From Pseudomonadota bacterium (GTDB lineage Bacteria; Pseudomonadota; Gammaproteobacteria; Burkholderiales; Burkholderiaceae_C), in NCBI GenBank assembly GCA_021841865.1, contig JAKCDM010000002.1, positions 2,071 to 66,070 of the forward strand: 64,000 nt of DNA, in the 5' to 3' direction. The position numbers were made by a program, and so were the translations under genes. Each line of letters begins with the position of its first letter. Position 1 is the first letter of the stretch. Below, piece by piece: positions 1-9,906 of the stretch. The notes under the pieces were generated by a model. It saw only the letters and a list, made by a program, of their open reading frames with translations, searched no databases and was not told the origin of the DNA.

Positions 1-225
1 ATGCAGCCCCGCCGACACCAGCACGTCCACGCCTTCGGCGGCGCGCCGGGCCTCGATCTCGGCCAGCGCCTCGTCGAAGCCGCGGTCGACCACGTCGACC
101 CGGGCGCGCTGCGCGTACTCGGGCGCCACCTCGTGCAGCAGCTGCTTCAGGCGCAGGAATCCGACGGCGAGAATTCGCGGCGGCGCCTCCAGCACCGGCT
201 CGGACGCGGCGTCGGCCCCGGACAT
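1..225 (-). CDS. prpR: Propionate catabolism regulator PrpR (sigma54 activator), N-terminal part; runs off the window edge
   Basis: Not in the ORF track. Reverse frame from CAT at 223-225 reads [75 protein letters not shown], which resembles PrpR_N (GF..A...I...DV.VSAG). Divergent from prpB, which has a sigma54 promoter. Confidence 0.85.
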   Translation of the reverse strand, partial: MSGADAASEPVLEAPPRILAVGFLRLKQLLHEVAPEYAQRARVDVVDRGFDEALAEIEARRAAEGVDVLVSAGLH

Positions 226-243
226 GGTTCAGGCAGGATTCGC

Positions 244-263
244 ATGTTTCATATCTGAAACAT
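244..263. promoter_or_regulatory. Palindrome ATGTTTCA-TATC-TGAAACAT, likely PrpR upstream activating site
   Basis: Perfect 8-4-8 inverted repeat about 100 bp upstream of the sigma54 promoter; half-sites resemble the Salmonella PrpR site CGTTTCATGAAACG. Confidence 0.7.
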
Positions 264-365
264 ACATCGCATTCCTGCAACAACGCAAGGCCCATGCTGT
301 CTGGGCCCATGGAAAAAGCCCTGTCTCTTCAAGGGCCTGCGCAATGCACCGCGAAGCCGCGCGGG

Positions 366-381
366 TGGCACGGTCCTTGCA
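366..381 (+). promoter_or_regulatory. Sigma54 (-24/-12) promoter of the prp operon
   Basis: TGGCAC-GGTCC-TTGCA matches the TGGCAC-N5-TTGCA consensus exactly. Confidence 0.9.
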
Positions 382-418
382 CAATCGACGCACCCGGAAC
401 TCCTGCCCCCCGAACATC

Positions 419-1315
419 ATGAAATCTCCCGGATCCCTGTTTCGCACCGCGCTGGCCGAGGAAAGCCCGCTGCAGGTCATCGGCGCCATCAACGCCAACC
501 ACGCGCTGCTGGCTCGGCGCGCCGGCTACCGCGCGATCTACCTGTCGGGCGGCGGCGTGGCCGCCGGATCGCTGGGCATGCCCGACCTGGGGCTCAACAC
601 CCTGGACGACGTGCTCACCGACGTTCGGCGCATCACCGACGTGTGCGAACTGCCGCTGATGGTCGACATCGACACCGGCTTCGGGCCCAGCGCGTTCAAC
701 ATCGCGCGCACGATCCGCAGCCTGATCAAGTTCGGCGCGGCCGCCTGCCACATCGAGGACCAGGTCGGCGCCAAGCGTTGCGGTCATCGCCCGGGCAAGG
801 AAATCGTGTCATCGCAGGAAATGGCCGACCGCGTCAAGGCGGCGGTCGACGCGCGCACCGACGAGGCGTTTTTCGTGCTGGCGCGCACCGACGCCATCGC
901 GGTCGAGGGCGTGGACCACGCCATCGAGCGCGCCCGCGCCTGCGTGGACGCCGGCGCCGACGGCATTTTCGCGGAGGCCGTGCCCGACCTGGCCACCTAC
1001 CGGCGTTTCGTCGACGCACTGGGCGTGCCGGTGCTGGCCAACATCACCGAATTCGGCAAGACCCCGCTGTTCACGCTGGACGAGTTGCGCTCGGCCGGCG
1101 TGCGCATCGCGCTGTACCCGCTGTCGGCGTTTCGCGCGATGAACAAGGCGGCCGAGAACGTCTACCAGACCATCCGTCGCGAAGGCACCCAGCGCGAGGT
1201 GCTGCACACCATGCAGACACGCGACGAACTCTACGACCGCATCGGCTACCACGACTACGAGCAGCGCCTGGACCGCATGTTCGCAGGACGCACCCCGCGC
1301 GCCGATTCGCAGTGA
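419..1315 (+). CDS. prpB: 2-methylisocitrate lyase
   Basis: [15 protein letters not shown] and KRCGHRPGK motifs; start re-chosen at MKSPGSLFR (ATG 419), downstream of the promoter. Confidence 0.97.
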   Translation: MKSPGSLFRTALAEESPLQVIGAINANHALLARRAGYRAIYLSGGGVAAGSLGMPDLGLNTLDDVLTDVRRITDVCELPLMVDIDTGFGPSAFNIARTIRSLIKFGAAACHIEDQVGAKRCGHRPGKEIVSSQEMADRVKAAVDARTDEAFFVLARTDAIAVEGVDHAIERARACVDAGADGIFAEAVPDLATYRRFVDALGVPVLANITEFGKTPLFTLDELRSAGVRIALYPLSAFRAMNKAAENVYQTIRREGTQREVLHTMQTRDELYDRIGYHDYEQRLDRMFAGRTPRADSQ

Positions 1316-1371
1316 TCGGGCGCGCGAACGCCCCAGCCAACCCATCAGTGACCCGACAGGAGAACCCCGTC

Positions 1372-2526
1372 ATGAGCGAAGCCACCACCCCCGCGTTCAA
1401 GCCCAAGAAGTCCGTCGCGCTGTCGGGCACGGTCGCCGGCAACACGGCCATCTGCACGGTCGGCCGCACCGGCAACGACCTGCATTACCGCGGCTACGAC
1501 ATCCTCGACCTGGCCGAGACCTGCGAGTTCGAGGAAATCGCCCACCTGCTGGTGCATGGCAAGCTGCCCAATGGCGCCGAGCTGGCCGCATACAAGCAGC
1601 GCCTGCGCGCCATGCGCGGGCTGCCGCAGTCGCTTCGCCAGGCGCTGGAGGCGCTGCCCGCGGCCAGCCACCCGATGGACGTGATGCGCACCGGCGTGTC
1701 GGTGCTGGGCTGCGCGCTGCCCGAGAAGGACGACCACAACCTGCCCGGCGCGCGCGACATCGCCGACCGCCTGATGGCCAGCCTGGGCTCGATGCTGCTG
1801 TACTGGTACCACTACAGCCACAACGGCCGGCGCATCGAGGTCGAGACCGACGACGACTCCATCGGCGGGCATTTCCTGCACCTGCTGCACGGCACGCGGC
1901 CGTCGGAGCTGTGGGTTCGCGCGATGCACACCTCGCTGATCCTGTACGCCGAGCACGAGTTCAACGCGTCGACCTTCACGTCGCGCGTGGTCGCCGGTAC
2001 CGGCTCCGACATGTACTCGGCCATCACCGGCGGCATCGGCGCGCTGCGCGGTCCCAAGCACGGCGGCGCCAACGAGGTGGCCTTCGAGATCCAGAGCCGA
2101 TACGCGACTCCCGACGAAGCCGAGGCCGACATCCGCGCCCGCGTCGCGGCCAAGGAGGTGGTGATCGGATTCGGCCACCCCGTCTACACGGTCAGCGATC
2201 CGCGCAACAAGGTGATCAAGTCGGTGGCGCGGCGCCTGAGCGAGGACCAGCGCGACATGCGCCTGTTCAACATCGCCGAGCGCCTGGAAAGCGTGATGTG
2301 GGAAATCAAGAAGATGTTCCCCAACCTCGACTGGTTCTCCGCGGTCAGCTACCACCTGATGGGAGTGCCCACCGCGATGTTCACGCCGCTGTTCGTGATC
2401 TCGCGCACCTCCGGCTGGGCCGCGCATGTCATCGAGCAGCGCCTCGACGGCAAGATCATCCGCCCCAGCGCGAACTACATCGGCCCCGAGGACCAGGCCT
2501 TCGTGCCGCTGGGCCAGCGCGCCTGA
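1372..2526 (+). CDS. prpC: 2-methylcitrate synthase
   Basis: [38 protein letters not shown] and FPNLDW motifs; AGGAG RBS before ATG 1372. Confidence 0.97.
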   Translation: MSEATTPAFKPKKSVALSGTVAGNTAICTVGRTGNDLHYRGYDILDLAETCEFEEIAHLLVHGKLPNGAELAAYKQRLRAMRGLPQSLRQALEALPAASHPMDVMRTGVSVLGCALPEKDDHNLPGARDIADRLMASLGSMLLYWYHYSHNGRRIEVETDDDSIGGHFLHLLHGTRPSELWVRAMHTSLILYAEHEFNASTFTSRVVAGTGSDMYSAITGGIGALRGPKHGGANEVAFEIQSRYATPDEAEADIRARVAAKEVVIGFGHPVYTVSDPRNKVIKSVARRLSEDQRDMRLFNIAERLESVMWEIKKMFPNLDWFSAVSYHLMGVPTAMFTPLFVISRTSGWAAHVIEQRLDGKIIRPSANYIGPEDQAFVPLGQRA

Positions 2527-2544
2527 GCAGCCGGGCCCACGACC

Positions 2545-5139
2545 ATGAACACGCGTTTCCGCAAGCCGCTGCCAGGCACCCGGCTGGACTACTTCGACGC
2601 CCGCGACGCGGTCGAGGCGATCCGCCCGGGGCGCTGGGACAGCCTGTCCTACACCGCCCGCGTGCACGCCGAGAACCTGGTGCGCCGCTGCGACCCGCAA
2701 CTGCTCGACGCCTGCCTGGAGCAGATCGCCGACGGGCGCCGTGACCGCGACTTCCCGTGGTTCCCGTCGCGCGTGGTGTGCCACGACATCCTCGGGCAGA
2801 CCGCGCTGGTCGACCTGGCCGGACTGCGCGACGCCATCGCCGCGCAGGGCGGCGACCCGGCGAAGGTCAACCCGGTGGTTCCGGTGCAGCTGATCGTCGA
2901 CCACTCGCTGGCCGTGGAATGCGGCGGCGACGACCCCGACGCCTTCGCCAAGAACCGCGCCATCGAGGACCGGCGCAACGAGGACCGCTTCCACTTCATC
3001 GAGTGGTGCCGCACGGCCTTTCGCAACGTCGACGTGATCCCGCCGGGCAACGGCATCATGCACCAGATCAACCTGGAGCGCATGTCCCCGGTGGTGCACG
3101 CCGATGCCGGCGTGGCCTACCCGGACACGCTGGTCGGCACCGACAGCCACACGCCGCATGTCGACGCGCTGGGCGTGATCGCGGTCGGCGTCGGCGGACT
3201 GGAGGCGGAAAACGTGATGCTCGGGCGCGCGTCGTGGATGCGCCTGCCGGAGATCGTCGGCGTCGAGCTCGCCGGGCGCCCGCAGCCGGGAATCACCGCC
3301 ACCGACATCGTGCTGGCGCTGACCGAGTTCCTGCGCAAGTCCAAGGTGGTCGGCGCCTACCTGGAGTTCCGCGGACCCGGTGCTGCGGCGCTGACGCTGG
3401 GCGACCGAGCGACCATTTCCAACATGGCGCCCGAGTACGGCGCCACCGCGGCGATGTTCGCCATCGACGAGCAGACCCTCGACTACCTGCGCCTGACCGG
3501 ACGCAGCGCCGAGCAGGTCGCGCTGGTCGAGACCTACGCGAAGACCGCCGGGCTGTGGGCGGATTCGCTGCGCGGCGCGCAGTACGAGCGCACGCTGCAC
3601 TTCGACCTCTCCAGCGTGGTGCGCAACATGGCCGGGCCGTCCAATCCGCACGCGCGGGTGGCGACCAGCGAGCTGGCCGGGCGCGGCATCGCCAAGGCCT
3701 GGGAGCAGCCGGCCGACGGGCGCATGCCCGACGGCGCGGTGATCATCGCCGCCATCACCAGCTGCACCAACACCTCCAACCCGCGCAACGTGATCGCCGC
3801 CGGGCTGCTGGCGCGCAACGCGCACCGCCTCGGGCTGCAGCGCAAGCCGTGGGTGAAAAGCTCGCTGGCGCCGGGTTCCAAGGCGGTCAGCCTGTACCTG
3901 CAGGAGGCCGGGCTGCTGCACGCCCTCGAAGCCCTGGGCTTCGGCATCGTCGCCTACGCCTGCACCTCGTGCAACGGCATGTCGGGCGCGCTCGCCCCGG
4001 ACATCCAGCAGGAGATCGTCGAGCGCGACCTCTACGCCACCGCGGTGCTGTCGGGCAACCGCAATTTCGACGGACGCATCCACCCGTACGCCAAGCAGGC
4101 CTTCCTGGCGTCGCCACCGCTGGTGGTGGCCTACGCCATCGCCGGCACCATTCGCTTCGACATCGAGCGCGACGTGCTGGGGGTGGTGGACGGGCGCGAA
4201 ATCCGCCTGCGCGACATCTGGCCCGACGACGCCGAGATCGACGCGCTGGTGCGCAGCGCGGTCAAGCCCGAGTTCTTCCGCCAGGTGTACGAGCCGATGT
4301 TCAGCCTCAGGCGCGAAGCCGCCGAGCCCACCGAGGCGCTGTACGCGTGGCGACCGCAGTCGACCTACATCCGCCGCCCGCCGTACTGGGAAGGCGCGCT
4401 GGCCGGCGAGCGCACGCTGAGCGGCATGCGTCCCCTGGCCATCCTGCCCGACAACATCACCACCGACCACTTGTCGCCGTCCAACGCCATCCTTCCCGAC
4501 AGCGCGGCCGGCGAGTACCTGGCGCACATGGGACTGCCCGAGGAGGACTTCAACTCCTACGCCACGCACCGCGGCGACCACCTCACCGCGCAGCGCGCCA
4601 CCTTCGCCAACCCGACGCTGGCCAACGAGATGGTGCGCAACCCCGACGGCAGCGTGCGCCGGGGCTCGCTGGCCCGGGTGGAGCCCGAAGGCAAGGTGAT
4701 GCGCATGTGGGAGGCCATCGAGACCTACATGCAGCGCCGCCAGCCGCTGATCATCGTCGCCGGCGCCGACTACGGCCAGGGCTCGTCGCGCGACTGGGCG
4801 GCCAAGGGCGTACGCCTGGCAGGAGTCGAGGCCATCGCCGCCGAAGGCTTCGAGCGCATCCACCGCACCAACCTGATCGGCATGGGCGTGCTGCCGCTGC
4901 AGTTCCAGCCCGGCACGACGCGCCTGAGCCTGGGCCTGGACGGCACCGAGACCTACGACGTGCTCGGCCGGCGCACCCCCGGCGCGACCTTGAGCCTGGT
5001 GGTGCACAGGCGCGACGGCAGCACCCTCGAGGTGCCGGTGACCTGCCGCCTGGACACGGCCGAGGAAGTGTCGATCTACGAGGCCGGCGGGGTGCTGCAA
5101 CGCTTCGCGCAGGACTTCCTGGCCGAGTCGAACGCCTGA
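2545..5139 (+). CDS. acnD: Fe/S-dependent 2-methylisocitrate dehydratase AcnD
   Basis: Aconitase family (CHDILGQTALVDLAG, AITSCTNTSNP, ACTSCNGMSG, GSSRDWAAKG); 864 aa; lies between prpC and prpF. Confidence 0.96.
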   Translation: MNTRFRKPLPGTRLDYFDARDAVEAIRPGRWDSLSYTARVHAENLVRRCDPQLLDACLEQIADGRRDRDFPWFPSRVVCHDILGQTALVDLAGLRDAIAAQGGDPAKVNPVVPVQLIVDHSLAVECGGDDPDAFAKNRAIEDRRNEDRFHFIEWCRTAFRNVDVIPPGNGIMHQINLERMSPVVHADAGVAYPDTLVGTDSHTPHVDALGVIAVGVGGLEAENVMLGRASWMRLPEIVGVELAGRPQPGITATDIVLALTEFLRKSKVVGAYLEFRGPGAAALTLGDRATISNMAPEYGATAAMFAIDEQTLDYLRLTGRSAEQVALVETYAKTAGLWADSLRGAQYERTLHFDLSSVVRNMAGPSNPHARVATSELAGRGIAKAWEQPADGRMPDGAVIIAAITSCTNTSNPRNVIAAGLLARNAHRLGLQRKPWVKSSLAPGSKAVSLYLQEAGLLHALEALGFGIVAYACTSCNGMSGALAPDIQQEIVERDLYATAVLSGNRNFDGRIHPYAKQAFLASPPLVVAYAIAGTIRFDIERDVLGVVDGREIRLRDIWPDDAEIDALVRSAVKPEFFRQVYEPMFSLRREAAEPTEALYAWRPQSTYIRRPPYWEGALAGERTLSGMRPLAILPDNITTDHLSPSNAILPDSAAGEYLAHMGLPEEDFNSYATHRGDHLTAQRATFANPTLANEMVRNPDGSVRRGSLARVEPEGKVMRMWEAIETYMQRRQPLIIVAGADYGQGSSRDWAAKGVRLAGVEAIAAEGFERIHRTNLIGMGVLPLQFQPGTTRLSLGLDGTETYDVLGRRTPGATLSLVVHRRDGSTLEVPVTCRLDTAEEVSIYEAGGVLQRFAQDFLAESNA

Positions 5140-5155
5140 AAACGAGGAAACCACC

Positions 5156-6352
5156 ATGTCGCATGCTGCACAGATTCGAATTCCCGCCACCTACATGCGA
5201 GGCGGCACCAGCAAGGGCGTGTTCTTTCGCCTGCAGGACCTGCCCGAGCCGGCGCGCGTGCCGGGGCGCGCGCGCGACCGCCTGCTGCAGCGCGTGATCG
5301 GCAGCCCCGACCCCTACGGCAAGCAGATCGACGGCATGGGCGGCGCAACCTCCAGCACCAGCAAGACGGTGATCCTGTCCGCCAGCACGCGCCCCGGGCA
5401 CGACGTCGACTACCTGTTCGGCCAGGTCGCCATCGACCGCGACTTCGTCGACTGGACCGGCAACTGCGGCAATCTGTCGGCCGCGGTCGGGCCCTTCGCC
5501 ATCGCCTGCGGGCTGGTGCCGGCCGATCGCGTGCCGCGCGACGGCGTCGCGGTGGTGCGCATCTGGCAGGCCAACATCGGCAAGACCATCATCGCCCACG
5601 TGCCGATGCGCGGCGGCGCGGTGCAGGAAACCGGCGACTTCGAGCTCGACGGCGTGACCTTCCCGGCCGCCGAGGTGCCGCTGGAATTCCTCGATCCGGC
5701 CGCCGACGAGGACGGCGACGGCGCCGCCGGCTCGATGTTCCCCACCGGCAACGTGGTCGACACCCTCGACGTACCCGGCGTGGGCAGCTTCCCGGCGACC
5801 CTGATCAACGCCGGCATCCCGACCATCTTCGTCAACGCAGCCGACATCGGCTACCGCGGCACCGAGCTGCAGGACGCGATCAACTCCGACCCTGCCGCGC
5901 TGCAACGCTTCGAGACCATCCGCGGCCACGGCGCGCTGCGCATGGGCCTCGTGCGCAACCTGGACGAGATGGCAGGGCGCCAGCACACGCCCAAGGTCGC
6001 CTTCGTCGCCCCGCCCGCGGACTACGTGGCCTCCAGCGGAAAGCAGGTGCGCGCCGCCGACGTGGACGTGCTGGTGCGCGCGATGTCGATGGGCAAGCTG
6101 CACCACGCGATGATGGGCACCGCGGCGGTGGCCATCGGCACCGCCGCGGCGATCCCCGGCACGCTGGTGAACCTGGCCGCCGGCGGCGGCGAAAGGAACT
6201 CGGTACGCTTCGGCCACCCGTCGGGCACCTTGCGCGTGGGCGCCGAGGCCGTGCTGGAAAACGGCCAGTGGAAAGTCACCAAGGCGCTGATGAGCCGCAG
6301 CGCGCGCGTGCTGATGGAAGGCTGGGTGCGCATACCCACGGATGGTTATTGA
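5156..6352 (+). CDS. prpF: 2-methylaconitate cis-trans isomerase PrpF
   Basis: YMRGGTSKGVFF, DGMGGATSSTSK, GNCGNLSAAVG and SMGKLHHAMMGT motifs. Confidence 0.96.
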   Translation: MSHAAQIRIPATYMRGGTSKGVFFRLQDLPEPARVPGRARDRLLQRVIGSPDPYGKQIDGMGGATSSTSKTVILSASTRPGHDVDYLFGQVAIDRDFVDWTGNCGNLSAAVGPFAIACGLVPADRVPRDGVAVVRIWQANIGKTIIAHVPMRGGAVQETGDFELDGVTFPAAEVPLEFLDPAADEDGDGAAGSMFPTGNVVDTLDVPGVGSFPATLINAGIPTIFVNAADIGYRGTELQDAINSDPAALQRFETIRGHGALRMGLVRNLDEMAGRQHTPKVAFVAPPADYVASSGKQVRAADVDVLVRAMSMGKLHHAMMGTAAVAIGTAAAIPGTLVNLAAGGGERNSVRFGHPSGTLRVGAEAVLENGQWKVTKALMSRSARVLMEGWVRIPTDGY

Positions 6353-6392
6353 CGATCCCCTCCGTCGCCTCCGGCGACGGAGGGGATCGTCA
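6350..6392. terminator. Perfect 20-bp inverted repeat between convergent prpF and VOC genes (probable bidirectional terminator or processing hairpin)
   Basis: TGACGATCCCCTCCGTCGCC-TCC-GGCGACGGAGGGGATCGTCA; no U-tract. Confidence 0.7.
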
Positions 6393-6812
6393 GGTCTTGA
6401 ACAACGAGCCCAGGTCGGCGAAGCCCTTGATCTCCAGCGCGTTGCCGGATGGGTCGAGGAAGAACATCGTGCCCTGCTCGCCGACCTGGCCGGCGAAGCG
6501 GATCTGGGGTTCCATCTCGAAGCGCACGCCGGCCGCGCGCAGGCGCTCGGCCAGCGCGCGCCAGTCGTCCATCGGCAGCGCGATGCCGAAATGCGGAATC
6601 GGCACGTTGTGGTGATCCACGGTGCTGCTGGAACGCACGGCGCCGCAGGCCTGCACCAGGTGCGCGACGATCTGGTGCCCGAAAAAGTCGAAGTCCACCC
6701 AATGCTCCGAGCTGCGGCCTTCCCGGCAGCCGAGCATGCCGCCGTAGAAGGCGCGCGCCTGCGCGAGATCGTGCACCGGGAACGCGAGGTGAAAGGGATG
6801 CAGTGTGCTCAT
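6390..6812 (-). CDS. VOC/glyoxalase-family protein
   Basis: [38 protein letters not shown] and [11 protein letters not shown] motifs. Confidence 0.9.
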   Translation of the reverse strand: MSTLHPFHLAFPVHDLAQARAFYGGMLGCREGRSSEHWVDFDFFGHQIVAHLVQACGAVRSSSTVDHHNVPIPHFGIALPMDDWRALAERLRAAGVRFEMEPQIRFAGQVGEQGTMFFLDPSGNALEIKGFADLGSLFKT

Positions 6813-6824
6813 GGGAAACCGTGT

Positions 6825-6881
6825 CGTGATGCGAGCTCGTGATGCGAGATCGTGATGCGGGAACGTGATGCGGGAACGTGA
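6825..6881. repeat. 13-bp tandem repeat, about 4.4 copies, core CGTGATGCG
   Basis: CGTGATGCGAGCT, CGTGATGCGAGAT, CGTGATGCGGGAA, CGTGATGCGGGAA, CGTGA. Confidence 0.9.
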
Positions 6882-6899
6882 CGGACAGGCGGGCCGAGC

Positions 6900-7355
6900 T
6901 CACGCCGCGGCCGGATCGATCAGCAGCGCCTGCAGTGCGTCGCGCAGGCCGTCGGGAAGCGGCACCGGGCGCGAGTCGCCGCGGTTGACGAACACGTGCA
7001 CCATGCGTGCCAGCGCGCATGGTGCCGTGGCATCGGGCGCCTGCGGGTCGAACAGGCCCAGGCGATAGGTGACCGACGAGCGACCCAGGCGCTCGACTCC
7101 CAGGCCCACTTCGAGTTCGCCGGGATAGGCCACCGGCGCCAGGTAGTCGCACTCCGAGCGCACGATGAAGCCCACCGTGTCGCCATGGTGGATGTCCAGG
7201 CCGCCCTGGCGGATCAGGTAGGCGTTGATCACGCTGTCGAAATACTGGTAGTAGACGGCGTTGTTGACATGCCCGTAGACGTCGTTGTCGCCCCAGCGAG
7301 TGCTGACGCTGGCGCGGTGCGCGAAACGGGGTGCCGCGGAATCGGGTCGGTTCAT
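6900..7355 (-). CDS. Acyl-CoA thioesterase (4HBT/YbgC hotdog family)
   Basis: TRWGDNDVYGHVNNAVYYQYFD motif; start at MNRPDSAAP. Confidence 0.9.
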   Translation of the reverse strand: MNRPDSAAPRFAHRASVSTRWGDNDVYGHVNNAVYYQYFDSVINAYLIRQGGLDIHHGDTVGFIVRSECDYLAPVAYPGELEVGLGVERLGRSSVTYRLGLFDPQAPDATAPCALARMVHVFVNRGDSRPVPLPDGLRDALQALLIDPAAA

Positions 7356-7369
7356 GGCCTGCGGCTCGC

Positions 7370-8557
7370 TCAGTACGCAGCGCGGTACACGGCCAGTGCG
7401 TCGGCCTCGGTCACCGGGCGCGGATTGTTGCGCAGCAGGCGTTGCTGCCCCATCGCCTCGCGCGCCAGCAGCTCGAGGCCGGACTCGGCGATGCCGCATT
7501 CGCGCAGGCGCGTGGGCAGGCCGCTGCGCGCGCCGAGATCGGCCAGATGCTCGATCAGCGCCTGCGCGCGCGCCTCGCTGCCGCCGCCCGCCCGCGGCAG
7601 CAGCACCTCGGCCAGCTCGGCGTAGTGTGCGCAGGCCGCGGGCAGGTTGAATCGCAGCACGTGCGGCAGCACCAGCGAGTTGCTCAGCCCGTGCGGCAGG
7701 TGGTGCAGGCCGCCGAGCGGATAGGCCAGCGCGTGCACGGCCGCCACCGGAGCGTTGTCGAAGGCCATGCCGGCGAGCATCGCGCCGCGCAGCATGTGCT
7801 CGCGCGCGGCGAGGTCGTCGCCGTGCTGCACCGCGCGCAGCAGGTTGGCTCCCAGCAGGCGCAGCGCCTCGCGGGCGAGCATGTCCGACATCGGGTTCTT
7901 GCGGTGCGCGCTGGTGTAGGCCTCGATCGCGTGCACCATGGCGTCGATTCCGGTGGCCGCGGTCACGGCCGCTGGCAGGCCCAGGGTCAGCTCGGCGTCT
8001 AGCACCACGGCGTCGGCCAGCAGCGCGCCGTTGACGATTCCCGACTTGGTGGTCGCGCCGGTGGTCACGATGGCCACGCGCGTGACCTCGGACCCGGTAC
8101 CCGCAGTGGTCGGCACCTGCAGCAGCGGCAGGCGCCGCACGCGCACGCTTTCCACACCGTACAACTGCGCCAGTTCGACGGATTGCTCCGGATGCGAGAT
8201 GCACGCCGCGATCTTGGCCACGTCCATGCTGCTGCCGCCGCCGAAGCCGACCACGGCACGTGCCCCGGCGCTGCGCGCCAGCGTGCAGGCCTGCAGCACC
8301 ACGTGATCCGGCGGATCGGCGCACACACCGTCGAACACCTCGGGCGCGAAACCCGCCTGCCGCAGGCTTTGCAGCGCGGGCTCGAGAAGGCCTCCTGCAC
8401 GGATTCCGGGGTCGGTCACCACCAGCACGGCCCCGCCTTGCGCGTCGCCCGCGTAGCGCGCCAGCAGTTCCCCCAGTCGCCGCGCCGCGCCGGCGCCTGC
8501 CTCGATGTGGCCAACCGTCTGAAAGCCGTACCCCTGCTGCAGCCCCGCATCCTGCAT
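7370..8557 (-). CDS. Iron-containing alcohol dehydrogenase
   Basis: GGGSSMDVAK, PTTAGTGSEVT, DAMVHAIEAY and HALAYPLGG..HLPHG motifs; AGGAGA RBS before ATG 8557. Confidence 0.92.
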   Translation of the reverse strand: MQDAGLQQGYGFQTVGHIEAGAGAARRLGELLARYAGDAQGGAVLVVTDPGIRAGGLLEPALQSLRQAGFAPEVFDGVCADPPDHVVLQACTLARSAGARAVVGFGGGSSMDVAKIAACISHPEQSVELAQLYGVESVRVRRLPLLQVPTTAGTGSEVTRVAIVTTGATTKSGIVNGALLADAVVLDAELTLGLPAAVTAATGIDAMVHAIEAYTSAHRKNPMSDMLAREALRLLGANLLRAVQHGDDLAAREHMLRGAMLAGMAFDNAPVAAVHALAYPLGGLHHLPHGLSNSLVLPHVLRFNLPAACAHYAELAEVLLPRAGGGSEARAQALIEHLADLGARSGLPTRLRECGIAESGLELLAREAMGQQRLLRNNPRPVTEADALAVYRAAY

Positions 8558-8805
8558 GACCCGTTCTCCTCGAAAGTCCTGTCCGGCATCGTAGCGAGCG
8601 AGCCCGTCGGCGCGCCAGGGGGCACGCAAGTGCGCGTTGCTTGATCCGGGGCAAGCTTTGTTTTTGTGTTTGTTGCTACGCTTAATTACATTTCCATAGC
8701 GTTTGATACATCTGCCGGCGCAATTTTCCGATCGCGTCGACTCGCCACGAGAAGCCCGGCCCTGGGAGCCTAGCCGCCGGCCTCGACGAACAAGGAACCA
8801 AGACC

Positions 8806-9906
8806 ATGCTGTTCGGACCTGCACCCGGCAACGCGGCGCGCAGCGCACTGACGCGCCGCGCCGCCTGCACCCTGCTGCTGGGCTTCGCCGCCTGCGCCCA
8901 TGCCGCGTCGCCCGACGCCGGCAAGTTCATCGCCGCCGACGCGGCCCAGCAGGTCGCGCTGGGCGTGCGGCTGGCCGCGGTGCGTCCGGCCGCCGGCGCC
9001 GCGCTGGACCTGCCCGGGCGCGTGGTCGTGCCGGTCGACGCGCAGGCGCTCGTCGCAGCGCCGGTCGGCGGCGTGATCGAGCGCGTGGCCGCCGCCCCCG
9101 GCGATCACGTGCGGCGCGGCCAGGAGCTGGCCAGCCTGCAAAGCCCCGACGTCGCGCGCATGCAGCGCGAGCGAGACGACGCGCGCGTGCAGCGCGACCT
9201 CGCGCAACGCCAGGCGCTGCGCGACCAGCAGTTGCTGCACGAAGGCGTGATACCCGCCGCGCGGGCGCAGGCATCGACTGCGCAGGAGCGCCAGGCGGCC
9301 GCGCTGCTGCGCGAGCGCGAACTGGCACTGCGCCTGCACGGCGCCGCGCCGGGGCTCGACGGCCAAGTGCGCCTGCTGGCACCCATCGACGGCGTGGTGG
9401 CGCAGGCCCAGGCACTGCCCGGGCAGCGCGTGGACGTCGCCGCGCCGCTGTTCCGCCTGGTCGCCGACGGAGCGCTCGCGCTCGAGCTCGACGCCACGCC
9501 GCGGCAGGCCGCGGACCTGCGCGCGGGCGCCGAGGTCGACGTGCCCGATGCCGGGGCGCGCGGCGAATTGCTGGCGCTGCCGCCGGCGCTGTCGGCCGGC
9601 CAGAGCGTGGTGCTGCGCGCTCGCCTGCGCCAGCCCGGGTCGCTGCGGGCCGGCGCGCTGGTGCAGGCGCGGGTGCTGCTTCCCGCGCGTACCGGACTGT
9701 TCTCGCTGCCGCCGGCCGCGCTGACCCGAATCGGCGGGCGCGAGTCGGTGCTGGTGGCCGAGTCGGGGGGCTTTCGCGTGGTGCAGGTGCAAGTCGCCGC
9801 GCGCCTGGCCGACGCGGTGATCGTGTCCGGGGCGCTGCGTGCCGGCCAGCAGGTCGCCGCGGCCGGCGTCGCCGCGCTCAAGGCCGCCGCGGGTGACAAG
9901 CCATGA
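8806..9906 (+). CDS. RND efflux periplasmic adaptor (CzcB/CusB-like MFP)
   Basis: Signal peptide, lipoyl half-motifs (APVGGVI..V...PGDHVRRGQ; APIDGVV) and a coiled coil; overlaps the start of the RND gene. Confidence 0.88.
   Translation: MLFGPAPGNAARSALTRRAACTLLLGFAACAHAASPDAGKFIAADAAQQVALGVRLAAVRPAAGAALDLPGRVVVPVDAQALVAAPVGGVIERVAAAPGDHVRRGQELASLQSPDVARMQRERDDARVQRDLAQRQALRDQQLLHEGVIPAARAQASTAQERQAAALLRERELALRLHGAAPGLDGQVRLLAPIDGVVAQAQALPGQRVDVAAPLFRLVADGALALELDATPRQAADLRAGAEVDVPDAGARGELLALPPALSAGQSVVLRARLRQPGSLRAGALVQARVLLPARTGLFSLPPAALTRIGGRESVLVAESGGFRVVQVQVAARLADAVIVSGALRAGQQVAAAGVAALKAAAGDKP

Noticed and set aside
1-258. 85-aa plus-strand ORF at the window start
   Set aside because: It is the antisense shadow of the prpR N-terminus.
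1345-5190. Very long antisense or alternate-frame ORFs (1345-5190 -, 10311-13142 -, 28255-30849 +, 38584-43038 -, 51934-55077 + and others)
   Set aside because: Shadow frames of well-supported genes, caused by high GC and scarce stop codons; translations have no family motifs.
6825-6881. Possible mini-CRISPR
   Set aside because: Units are 13 bp and contiguous with no unique spacers, and there are no cas genes.
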